Below are positions 53,224 through 64,000 of a DNA stretch of 64,000 nt, one piece after another (the first letter of the stretch is position 1; every line of letters starts with the position of its first letter). The stretch comes from Callorhinchus milii (taxonomy: Eukaryota). The translations under genes were made by a program, and so were the position numbers. The notes under the pieces are model-generated. The model was not told where the DNA came from. It did not search any database and saw nothing but the letters and a program-made list of their open reading frames with translations. The stretch spans positions 120,468,001 through 120,532,000 of the forward strand of contig NW_024704742.1 in the NCBI RefSeq assembly GCF_018977255.1, given 5' to 3'.

Positions 53224-55864
53224 TAGCTCAGTGGTTACCTAATGGCCAAGCAATTTAAGATTTAGCCCAAGTAGTGTTACCATACTGTATGTCGTTATAA
53301 GAACTTAAAAAAGTATTAGTCTATAAAATTGAAAATTGCTTTCCACAAAAAATAGTTAACTAGACAATATACCAAGAGTATACTGAAGGACATTGTAAAA
53401 AGTGCAATTTACTTTCAAAACTTCTAAATGGAATTATTTTTAATATACAAGATGGCATATTCATATAGTTCATAATACATTACAGATAACCAACATTAAT
53501 TTAATTTAAGCCATTGTTAAATGCAAGCTGCAAAAACCTAGATAAAACCACAGGGAATGTCTCCCATATTTGCTGACTATAATATTGTGGTGCTTGTAAT
53601 TATAGTACTACGCATAATATAGCGATGCAGCTTGGTTCCTTCGGCTGTACTCTTGTTTCTGGATTAGAAGGTAAGAAGAGTCCAAAACCCATGTCAGGAC
53701 TTTGAGTTCTCAATCTGACACTTCCATGCTGAACTGGAAGAGCACTCTATTGAACAATTTGAGCTACTGCATTTGCCTAAAATTAGTCACAACTCTTGAC
53801 AGCAATTACTTGTGGAAACCACAACTTGCATTTATTTAGCATTCTATTTATTTAGCATATATACATGGTGGGTGCAATTTGGACTGAGCCAGGACACATT
53901 AAATGTTAGATAGCCCTGGAACTCTGAACAATGGATTTGTAACAGTCAATCACACACAGAATACCCATTCTGGTTAGGAATTTTATGGCGGTTTAAAAAC
54001 AATTTGGAGCAAGCGGCATAAACCCAGCTTCCTGCTCTAAAGGACACCATAAATGTCAGAAATACACAGTGAAGCAAGTGTAAAAGGTCCCGCAGTGCTT
54101 TGAAATAACATACGCTTCCTTTCCACACGATCAATTAATCTTGTATGTAAGACAACACATTCTTGTCTCCAGTCACATAGGTATTCTATTCACTGGTCAT
54201 CTGAACATCTTTTTTCCAGGTGACCAGACAAGTGAACACAGTCTTACCTAAACACAGATTGAATACTGCCAAACAGCAGCAGGATGAAGTACATCAAGGC
54301 TACAATTATGTCTTTGTCCTTGGCCCATATTATACCCAATAAGAACGTATGATGCATAGCCAAGAAAAACCTCTGTGCAGGGTTACAGCACTCATACCCA
54401 AACAATCTATTCTGTGTTTAATATACTTCAGTCTGTCTGCCTCAAAGTCACTGCCAATCATCTGCAAGGGCATATTGTCTCGATTAACAAGTACATTTGT
54501 GATTTAATTTACAGTAAATAGTAAGTATTTTTTCTATGAGGTTCACAAAAAGTCTTATTCTCCTTTCTTTATATAACAATTTCAAACACTGATTTCAAAT
54601 AAGTTTTACTTTGCTTGTGTAAGACTATTCAATTAGATCTGTACTCAAAGAAAAATAATTCAAGGGACCAAAACTTAATCCTTTAAACCCAATTTCAAAA
54701 AGATTTAAAGCCCTACTTGCACAAACTAATATTTCCTCTGTGATACTTATAAATACAATAATAAAGTTGCAAAATCAAATGCATCATCATTGATCCTTAA
54801 ACTACACTTGTGCACATGCAAAACCTTCTGATGGGGACAGCAGATATGGCACGGACAACCGGGGGAGGAAGTGGGGTGGGAAAAAGAGAGAGGTCGGATA
54901 GATGGCTAAATTTTATTTACTTTGAGGAGAACTGAGGAGCACAAGCAAACAAAGTAGAGAGACCTGAAGTTGCAGTCAGCTAAATTAGCCAGATCTAAGA
55001 AAAACCTCACCACATGAATACCCATTTACCACAAATATCTAAAAATATGAAATGTCTTTGAAATTCAAAACTGTGCAAAATCATTCTCATACACCAACTT
55101 TAAAAAGGTTTTAATTCTGTGCATTACCAAAAGATGGCGTTTTTAGGGAAGGCATCTTATTTTGATTCTTTTTGACAAGTGTTATACAAAATTCACCTGG
55201 TGCCTCTGGCGATTTCCTGCAGCGTAGAGGGAGGAGGAGAAGGAAAACTTTATTTTCACTGCTTTGATGTAACAAAAAAATTTACTTGTCTGGCCTTGTA
55301 CAACCAGAAGAAAAAGAAATTTAATACAACATAAATTATCACCATTTCCTTTGTGGTGGTGTCAGGGATTAAAAAGAAAGTAGAGTGTTTGATTGCTATC
55401 AAGTGACTGATGCTTGAAAACATGTAGGTGTGGGCATTAGATTGAGGGCAGTTCTAACTCAGCTGTCTCTCCCTCTCCCTGGTTGTCTGCTGCCAAATCT
55501 ACTGTGCTCCTCAGTAGGTATTTTGGGAAACAAATATGCCTGCGAAACTCACTGTATGGACCCATGCATGAAGAAAGGCCATTTGGGTGAAACTTCAGAG
55601 GGTAGATGGTGCTCCTGGAGTAGTACTTCAGCACAAGTCAATGTTTAAGAAACAAACAACAATTTGCATTAAAAATACAAAGGTATTGTCTCAGAGTGCT
55701 TAAAAAAAGGAGAGAAAAAAACTTCCACTTATACAAACACATAGGAAAAGAACTCAAAAACTTCGCTAGACTACTTAGGCCAAAAGGCCTATTTGTGTGC
55801 CATATCATTCTATATAATTCACAGACAGAATCAGGGGCCAAGCATAACCTTAACCCAAACACTT

Positions 55865-56920
55865 CTATCATCTAGCCACCGCACCATCTCATGCGGCGTT
55901 CCTCAGGGCTCTGTCCTTGATTCCCTCCTCTTCAACATTTATCTGCTCCCTCTTGGTGCATCTACAGACATGTTTGCGGATGACACCCAATTGTACCTCT
56001 CTGGCTCCACCCTCGACTCCAGGACCACTGCTGTCCTGACAGAACGTCTGGCAAACATGAAGTCTTGGATGGGAGCTAACTTTCTTCAGTTGAACGTCAA
56101 CAAGACCCTCCTGATTGGTTCCCTGTCAGCGCCTGGACACCTCAGGTGCTGACAGCATCACCATCCATGGATGCACACTCCACCTTACTAAGCCAATCCG
56201 GAACCTTGGTGTCCTGTTTGACCCTCAAGCATTCTTTCTACCCCATATCCATGCCATGACCCACACTGCCATCCCTCACCTCCACAACATCACCCAGCTC
56301 CGCCACTGTCTCACATCGCAGGCAGTTGAAACCCTCATACACGCATTCATAACATCGAGGCTTGACTGCAAACTCCTTGTTTGTCGGCCTCCCCAACAAC
56401 TCCCTTCATAGGTTGCAGATAATCCAGAACTCTGCAGCCCGTGTCCTCTCCCGCACCAGGCTCCGTGACCCTATCACCCCCATCCTCGTCCGACTCCACT
56501 GGCTTCCCATCACACAGAGGATACAGTTCAAGGTCCTGGTCCTCACCTTCAAAGCCATTGTGTTGCTCCCACCTACCCCTGCAACCTCCTAATCCCCTAC
56601 CCTTCTGCCCGCTCTCTCCGCTCAGCAGGCTCCGGCTTGCTTCACATCTCCCACCTCACCCGCCCACCACTGGCAGGCGGGCCTTCAGCTACTCTGCTCC
56701 CATCCCACAATCCCCCGCCTCGCCCCCTCCATTACCTACTTTGAGACCCATCTCAAGAACCTCCTCTTTGACCGTGCTTTCGATCACCCTGCTTCACCCC
56801 TGCCCTCTACCCTCCCCAAACCCGACCCCCAGCTCAGGTTCAAAACATTGACTGCCCAGCGTCTGGGACGTCCTCCCAACATGAAAGGCGCTATACAGAT
56901 GTAATTTTGTTGTTGTTGTT
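55865..56920 (+). mobile_element. L2 LINE ORF2 3' fragment
   Basis: GVPQGSVL...FADDTQLY...IRNLGVLFDP...HAFITSRLD...HWLPITQRIQFK and a (ttg)n tail. Confidence 0.93.
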
Positions 56921-56953
56921 TTTACTAACCTGCACCTTTCCACACCAATTATC

Positions 56954-57870
56954 TATTATTATTATTATTATTATTATTATGAGCCCTACGAGTACTCCAA
57001 TGAGGTATTGGTCTAATGCTAAACTCCAGCCCTTGAAATACTCCGATAGGACGTCAGTCTAAATTTAAATTAAATTAACCTGCCTTGGGGATAGTGAGCG
57101 TGGGAGAGAGAAAGGATTTTTTAAATTATAAAAATTTATATCTCCAACACAGGAGCCTCCACCTTTGGGATAACTCCTGAACTTTAAACCAGACAGGCTG
57201 GTAGATGGCAGCAGTCCCTAGGGTCTGCTGGCTGGCTGCACAAATCCTGTAAACAGCTAAAGTAGTTTCTGCCCCCCAAAAAGCAGCTCGTGAATTTTAC
57301 AGTTTGGACTCTAATACTAACCTGAAAAGAATTAAATTAATAAAATGTAGAAAGAGCCCCCTTTGGTAAAATCCAAGCCTGTTCTGTTAAAGCCTAACCG
57401 AGATCCAAAACCTAACCCCAAAACCTAACCCCCAAAAGATCAAACACCCCCAAGGACTGCTAACGTGAACCATATTACCTAACGCTTCAAATTACAACTA
57501 ACCTCTACCAAATTCCCCAACCCCAAAATTTTTTAATAAAATAGCTTTGAACCCAGTCTAGACTGTTAACCTTAATTGGAACCACAAAACTAACCCTAAA
57601 AGAGGAAAACGCTTTAAATTACGACAAAGCTTAACCAAAACCCCCTAGCCCTCATCTTACACCCCTATGTCTAAAGCCTAAGGCGAAAATTAAAGATTAA
57701 AGCTACCTAACCCAGATAAAATTAAAAAGATTTTCCTCCCCAGAGCAAATTCAAATGTTTTTTTTAAACAAAACTATTACTCCGAGACCACATTCAGTAC
57801 GAGTGGCCCAAGGTAAATTAAAGCTCCAGCTCATGGAGCACCGGGAACAGAAATCATGTTAAAGTACCAC
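56954..57870 (-). mobile_element. Unclassified non-LTR retroposon 3' region with (ATA)n tail
   Basis: (tat)n run at 56954-56980 directly abuts ~900 bp of strand-skewed sequence (G+T-rich on the minus strand) unlike its flanks. Confidence 0.5.
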
Positions 57871-57975
57871 TCGACATGTCACAGCATATCCCTAACTATC
57901 ATTTGTAGAATGGTACCTCAGATAATGCAGCACTGCCCCAGCCCTGGACTGAACTGTCCGCCTAGCCTATGAGCT

Positions 57976-58258
57976 AGGTTAGCCGGGTGTCTGAGACATA
58001 CAAATACACCATGCTTAAGAGTATCAAACCAAAATGAGAGTTCCATGCATCCCACCAACACATGGAAATTCCAGAAATATTTATTGGAATGAAATGTTCT
58101 TCTTGGAGGGACGCATCCTGTTTTCCTAATTCCGGAAAATATTAGGCACAGGTTGGCAAGAGTCGTGGCTTGGGGGCCCCAGAGTGTAAAACCTTATAGA
58201 TTTCCATTGAGAGCACTGTCTGGCAAGCTTTCCTGTTGCTTGTCCAGCTAGGACCATC
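57976..58258 (-). mobile_element. RTEX/Crack-like LINE 3' end
   Basis: Matches the reverse complement of 63105-63423. Confidence 0.65.
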
Positions 58259-59249
58259 CAAACCTTTTTTGGTTAACCAACCAAATATTTTTTTCTTGAT
58301 TGGATACTTCTAGATTTAGGGCCACGCCATAAATATTACTCAGTAGCTACCAGAAACAAAATATTGATTTCATTCAGACTTTCCTAGATAAGTGCAAATG
58401 TTCAGCAGTTCACTTTTGGCTCTAGGAACGCTCAACCTTTGATTCAACCAAGGACCACTATATTATTGTAATAATCATTTGATATACCATCATATCACAT
58501 TGGTGAGACATCTCAGTGTTTCACAGGAGTTTGGTACCCATGGAGTGGTACTTCTCCAGGAATTGATCTTTTCAGGAAAAAAGGGAGAAGCAATCTGCAC
58601 TTATATAACACATATGAAAACAACTCAAAGCACTTCACTATTGATAGACTTTACTGTGAAGTGTAGTGACTGTATATTTGTAGACCAACATAGGTGTAAC
58701 GTAGGTGGCTTGCATCGAACTGTAGTTTGGATAGTCTTAAATGATGGGTTCTGCATGTGTCAGACATACAGCTGACTAAAAAAGAAACACAGCAGTCAAT
58801 TTGCACACAGTGCAAACAGCTGTCCCACAAACAGCTATGGTGACCAATTTTATTTTGGGGATTGTTTACCAGGTCTGCAGGACAAAGTCCCTTCACTCGT
58901 CTCCTGATAGATATCAAAACTCTGTTAACCTACCTCAGTTGATAGCATTCTCGCCTCTGAGTCAGCAGATTGTGGGTTCAAGCTCCACGTAGGCACCTTG
59001 AGCTCATAGTGGTGCTTCAAGTAGTCACTGCACGTCTATCACACTCACCAGAGGCTCAGTTTCATCAGGAAGGAACAGGCTGGTAGCCATTCTCCTGAGG
59101 AATGTATGTGATAGGGTGTGGCTTTGTACAAGATGACAGAACATTGTAAGCCAAAGGGAAAATCCACCTACATTGCATTGATCAACTTCTGCAAGGCATT
59201 TGACCTAGTGCCTAGACCTCATGATGAAACTGGAAGCTATGGGAATACA

Positions 59250-59584
59250 TAATAATAATCCTTGCATTTGATATAGCGTCTTATCACATCTTTGAGACAT
59301 CTCAAAGCACTTTACAGAACATACTGTAAAGTGAATTGACTGTATATTTTGTGGGCGAAACGCAGCAGCCAATTGCGCACAGTAGTGTGCCACAAACAGT
59401 CGTGGATTGAGTGACCAATTTATTATTTTTTCCTTTACCCCCAGTAAAGCAATCTGCCAATTCCTAACTGGGTTCCTATTTACTGCTAGGTAAACAGAGG
59501 GGTGTGGAGTAAGGAAACTTTACCCAATGTTGCCAGGTCCCTCGCTTATGAGGCGAGTGCTCTAACCACAGAGCTACAGGACTC
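59250..59584 (-). mobile_element. Full-length tRNA-derived SINE
   Basis: Head gagtcctgtagctctgtggttagagc on the minus strand from 59584, body and (att)n tail. Confidence 0.9.
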
Positions 59585-59709
59585 CACGTGCCCTGGGAGG
59601 GTGGTCGAAGGCACGATTGAAGAGGAAGGCCTCTAGACAGGACTTGAAGGAAGCAAGAGAGGGAGTGAGGCAGAGGGATTGCGGGATAGAGTTCCAGAGT
59701 GTGGGAGCA
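59585..59709 (-). mobile_element. Short L2 3' fragment lacking its own tail
   Basis: Minus strand reads APTLWNSIPQSLCLTPSLASFKSCLEAFLFNRAF. Confidence 0.85.
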
Positions 59710-60102
59710 TTTGGGAAGTCCAGCGAGCAGGCAGTTGGTGTAGTAACAAGTGGCGCAGAAGTAAATACAAAATTTGAAGCAACAACGCTACCCAACATTA
59801 TTGTGGGTTATGATAAGGCCATAGGACAAGTATATACACGAAAGTTTGATTATGTGCAAAAAGCTGCACTGACAAAGAAATTCCACGACGAGGCAAACAG
59901 AGTACAGTATTACGAAATAGTAGTGTTGTCAAGATTACAAGAAACATACCACGGTGAGAGTGATGTACAGGGAGGATCACAATGTCTCAATACTTACTAC
60001 ACCTTCATTCAAAAGGCAAAACGAGCGGAAGTAATGGTTGATCTGTTTGCGAGGGTGAATTTAGAAGATTTTGGAACTGTGGACTTAGAGGAGGACTTGT
60101 AG
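59710..60102 (+). other. Unidentified coding-like insert (~130 codons, no internal stop); candidate endogenous viral element or foreign retrocopy
   Basis: Non-L2 part of ORF 59617-60102 (FGKSSEQAVGV...EDFGTVDLEEDL*). I count 11 CpGs in ~390 bp. It does not resemble the local repeat families and lies within an insertion that splits an older RT gene. Confidence 0.5.
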
Positions 60103-61019
60103 CTAGCAACTGATTCATAAATTATATAGTCAATATTGCACAACAGGACAAATGAATGCATCCACACACAAATTAGGCTGAAATGCATCAAAGCACATGT
60201 AATGACAATTCAGCAACTGAACTACAATGCCCAAATAGATAGGTGTTCATTTTTACAGATAACATGCAATCTGCTATCTTCACAGCACATGGAGAACCCA
60301 GTGATCACCTGCTGCATTAAAGAAGCAACACACCTTACAGCATGAACAGTCACCTCCCCTACATGAACCAAGTGCTAGAAGAGACAGAATATTGAGGGGC
60401 ATTTACTTAACAGTGAAAGTGCTAATTAGTGGTGAATTACAGGTAGTTTTCTGCTATAGAATGAAAGCCACTAGAAACTGGGTTGACACTGTCTAAACTT
60501 GTTTCACTTAGGATCCTTGCAGCCAGAAGACGGAAAAATACTTTAATCTCATCAGCCTCAATGAATTTCAACCCAAGTCCATCCAAATTATGTTATACAA
60601 CTGTTACCTACACATGCATTACCTACAGCCCCACTGAGCCAGTGGTCACATTCTATATTCCACTGGCACTCATAAATGTTTAAGAACATTTAAACAATGT
60701 TCTGTGAATAAGGGCAAAGGAAAGAGTAATAGATAGCCACTTCCATTCTTTATGCCATTTATGGCTATTCACCTTTGATGCTCAAGTGGAAACATGCTGC
60801 TGAAGAAATAGATTCTCTATTGAAATTTCAAATTTTAACTGCTTCAAAGAATTTTGAAGAGTAGTGGCATTGTAACTTTCTCTGCTGGGTCTCCGCCAAA
60901 TCAAATACAAAAATAAAATCACAAGATGGGATGAAGAAGGCCCTTCCCTCCCATCACAGCACTAAACTGGTGTCCTGATCTCAACCACACTTCCTGACAA
61001 ACTGTTCCAGCAGTTAAGT

Positions 61020-61370
61020 TACCCTCTGATTAAAGAAACACGACCTGATATCAGTTCTTAATTTGCCCTTTACAACTCTAAACTCATGTCCTCATGTTCT
61101 GGTGCATCCTAAACTATTGTTCTGAGTTTACTTTTGCAATGCCATTTACAATTTTACACATCTCTGTGAGGTCCCCACTGAGTCATTTTTTCTCAAGAAT
61201 GAAGAACTCTAGATTTCTAATCATTGTTTAAAGCTAATTTGTCTGAACTGGGCATTATCCTCATTGCTCTCCTCTTTCTCTAGGGCCTTGGCAGCTCCTT
61301 TATGTTGTGGTGACCAGAACTGAATACAGTAGGTGAGGCCCGACTACAGCATGATACAGCCAGAGAAGAC
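61020..61370 (-). mobile_element. Degraded CR1 fragment
   Basis: gtggtgaccagaactgaatacagta...gaggccc motif. Confidence 0.55.
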
Positions 61371-62559
61371 ATCTGGGGATCTAAACAGACGGTTACTATA
61401 CTGATTATTTAATGAGTCTGCACTGTACTGATAGTTAATGATTTTGTCAACAAGCAAAATAATCAAATGTTTTGTAATTAGTTTAAATCATAAATAATCA
61501 ATACCTAATATTTACCCCAAACCTTTCAGTGCTTACATTTAATTAAATTAAATTCCAAGTATTATAACTGGATTCTAACAGTACAGTCTAGTACAACACG
61601 TCCATGCCGGTGTTTATACTCCGTACAAGCATTTCTGCATACCATGTCATGCATTTATTTATGTATTTTTACAAATGTCTGACTCGCTATTCCAGATCAC
61701 TTGTCACTGAATTCCTTTCCTAGGAGTTGTCAGGAGTTTACTGTAAATGTCAAGTGTATTGTATTCATCTTTTATCTTTTCATCTTTCTAGACTCAACAA
61801 CTGTAAATCTAATCAGTTTTTCTTAAATTGAGTTTTAACATTATTATCAACCGTCAATCAGTTTTGTTTTTCCAAAACAAAAATCATTCATGACCCTTAT
61901 GCTCTTTAAAAGTAATTTGTACTTGTTCACTGCGGTTTTTCAATTTAAACACTGATATTATGGTACCTTTGAGTTAAATGTTAATTAGAAGTGATTTGTG
62001 ATACTGTAACCCAGGTCCTGCAGATACATTTCTCCAGATTTGCAATTTCCATGACTATGAAAACATCAAACCATGGATATCCTCATTCCAAGATTATCAT
62101 GTCAATAGGTTCCAGCATAATCCACGCCTATGGAGGTCTGCCACATGCCAAACAATAAGCCTTATAATTCAATTTATGCACCATGGTTAATATTCATGAT
62201 TTCCTGATATAATCAGGGACTTTGTTGCATTAAAGTGCAAAATTTGTGGCACCTAATCCTCCGCAACTGATCTTCCATTTCATCATGCTGTTCCAAAAAG
62301 TCACCCATTTATAATGTAGGGAGATAGAATCAACAATAGCGATTTCATTACCATAAACTGCACATGGTTTGATACTATCATTTTGAAAATAATCGAATTT
62401 ATTTCTATATTATTGTGTTAATTATTTGGGTTTCAATCCATTATAGTCCAAATCATAAAAAGAAAGAAGCTCTGAGGTAAGTCACAAATTCACCAGAACT
62501 AAGCAACTAAGAACTAGCTTGATCAAGCAGTGAGGTGGATTTGTTTTAAACAAGGGAAG

Positions 62560-63423
62560 CGGCTGCAGGGAGGCGGAAGTGGCTTTACAGCTGGTACATG
62601 GGGACCTGGATTAAGCAGCTGGTGCTGAGCAACCCTTTATGCAGCATTGAATTTAGACCTCAACAACATCAAGGTGGCTGTCACGTCGCAAGCTGTCGTG
62701 TAAAAGTCCTCCCACCACACTTAAGGCAGATGTTCGCCAGATAGTTGATGCGGGAACTTTGAGGCTTGGGACGGTTTCTGGAAAGCATTACCTGGAGTCC
62801 AAATTTGTGAACACGGGTTCGTACATCCAGCATCCAGAATCCACCTTGATTGGTTCACAGAGAGGTAAGCGGCTGCTGCTTAAGCCCCGAACCTCCAAAT
62901 GGTGGAACCATTGTTCAATGGGAAGGATGTATGGCTGAGCAGCATTCAGGAAGATGGTAGTAATGCTTGCACGCATTCCATGTTGCCAGTTCCTGAGCCA
63001 GGTGGGTCCACACTATTCCAGGGCACTGCTGATAGCCAGGCTGGCTCATCAGCAGGACTTGGAAGGGCAGACCAGTTATTGGGGCAGGGATTCTTCCCAT
63101 TCAGCTCCTAGCTGGACAAGCAGCGGGAAAGCTTGCCAGGCAGTGTTCTCAATGGCAAGCTATGTGGTTTTAGCTGGTTAGATTCCAGCAGGAACCCAAC
63201 GCACACTCTGAGGTCCCCAAACTTCAGCTCTGCCAACTTGCACATAATACTTTCCTGAATTAGGTAAGCAGGATGTGTCTCTCCTGGGAGAGAGTGCACA
63301 TTCAATTTCAAAAAACATCTCTGGAATTTCCATGTGTAGGTGGGATGCATGGAACTTTGTTTGGTTTGGATACACTTAAGCATGGTGCTGGGCTTCTGCT
63401 TGTGTCAGACACCTGGCTGACCA
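62560..63423 (+). mobile_element. RTEX/Crack-like LINE, ORF2 C-terminus and 3' end
   Basis: Degraded RALLIARL...LEGQT.YWGR, (L)ARQC and PTHTL.SP.F resemble the R..L.RLR...L..ETGRW...RLC..C....H.L..CP tail; ends gtcagacacctggctgacc plus an A-rich run. Five copies in the window; clade assignment tentative. Confidence 0.55.
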
Positions 63424-63559
63424 AAACAAAATCAGTGATCTATATACAGTATTGCATCAGAGAATAAACGTCTCTACAGTACTGCATACTAAGTTCTGCC
63501 ACAGTTCTCTAAGTATTAGTCTCTCCAAATGATACTCCAAGATTTTATAGCACCATCTA

Positions 63560-63995
63560 TTGACTGAATAGCAGTACCGCAGAACTATACTCAAAACACA
63601 CTCGTCGCTGGTGTTCCACCATCCATAGGTCCAGTTCAGAAACACCACCACCACCTGTACCAAACTCTGCACAACAATCAACCCTCGTCAGTGTCCACTG
63701 GTTCACCATCTCCAAAAGGATCGATTTCAAGTTCCTGACCCTCACATACAAATCCCTTCACAATAGCACCTCCCTTCCTCTCTGACTGGCTCATACCCTA
63801 CACCTCTGCCCATCCACTTCACTCAGCTGGCACAGACCTGCTGTGTGTTCCCCCGAACCCTCCACATTACTATCAGTAGCCAGGTCTTTAGGCACGATGC
63901 CCCTAACTTCTAGAACTCCCTGTCTCGCTCCCTTTCTATTTATCTTAAAATCCCACCTCAAGACTTACCTCCTTGCTCACTTCACTTGCCCCTTG
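63560..63995 (+). mobile_element. Degraded L2 3' fragment
   Basis: cactggttcaccatctccaaaaggatcgatttcaagttcctgaccctcacatac (HW..I.KRIDFK.L.LTY). Confidence 0.75.
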
Positions 63996-64000
63996 CTTAG

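Larger units (their letters stand above)
59045..60300 (+). mobile_element. Old LINE RT fragment (RTEX/CR1-like) split by an ~850-bp insertion
   Basis: [27 protein letters not shown] ends at ~59249 and resumes as QLIHKLYSQ at 60107. Confidence 0.65.
10684..64000 (-). other. CWC27: CWC27 intron upstream of the exon (partial, >53 kb)
   Basis: AG acceptor at 10684-10685; no upstream CWC27 exon recognised. The equivalent human intron is recalled as very long. Confidence 0.7.

Noticed and set aside
56980..57870. Possible NUMT or interstitial telomere (A/C-rich strand)
   Set aside because: No recognisable mitochondrial gene, tRNA or rRNA motif and no true (TTAGGG)n array; kept as an unclassified retroposon.

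Overview
This is AT-rich vertebrate genomic DNA, most likely a cartilaginous fish: the repeat set (L2 LINEs, an L2-tailed tRNA-derived SINE, Deu-domain SacSINE1-like SINEs, CR1) resembles shark/chimaera genomes. The window appears to lie inside the CWC27 gene on the minus strand. One clear 107-nt coding exon (10577-10683, EELRKEVRQLKRELLAAKQKK...) is flanked by very long introns filled with retroposons and some DNA-transposon fossils. Most ORFs in the supplied track are repeat fragments or chance ORFs. Points of interest: (1) an uninterrupted, CpG-rich ~130-codon coding-like segment of unknown origin (59710-60102), fused antisense to an L2/SINE block that interrupts an older RT gene, a candidate endogenous viral element or captured foreign RNA; (2) a processed FAM32A pseudogene fragment abutting a CR1 end; (3) several fold-back/inversion junctions in retroposons; (4) an 84-bp near-perfect hairpin; (5) an unclassified (ATA)n-tailed element with telomere-like motifs; (6) a Tc1/mariner transposase fossil; (7) candidate cryptic exons and candidate conserved non-coding blocks. 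Repeat boundaries are approximate and family names come from recalled consensus features, not database searches.
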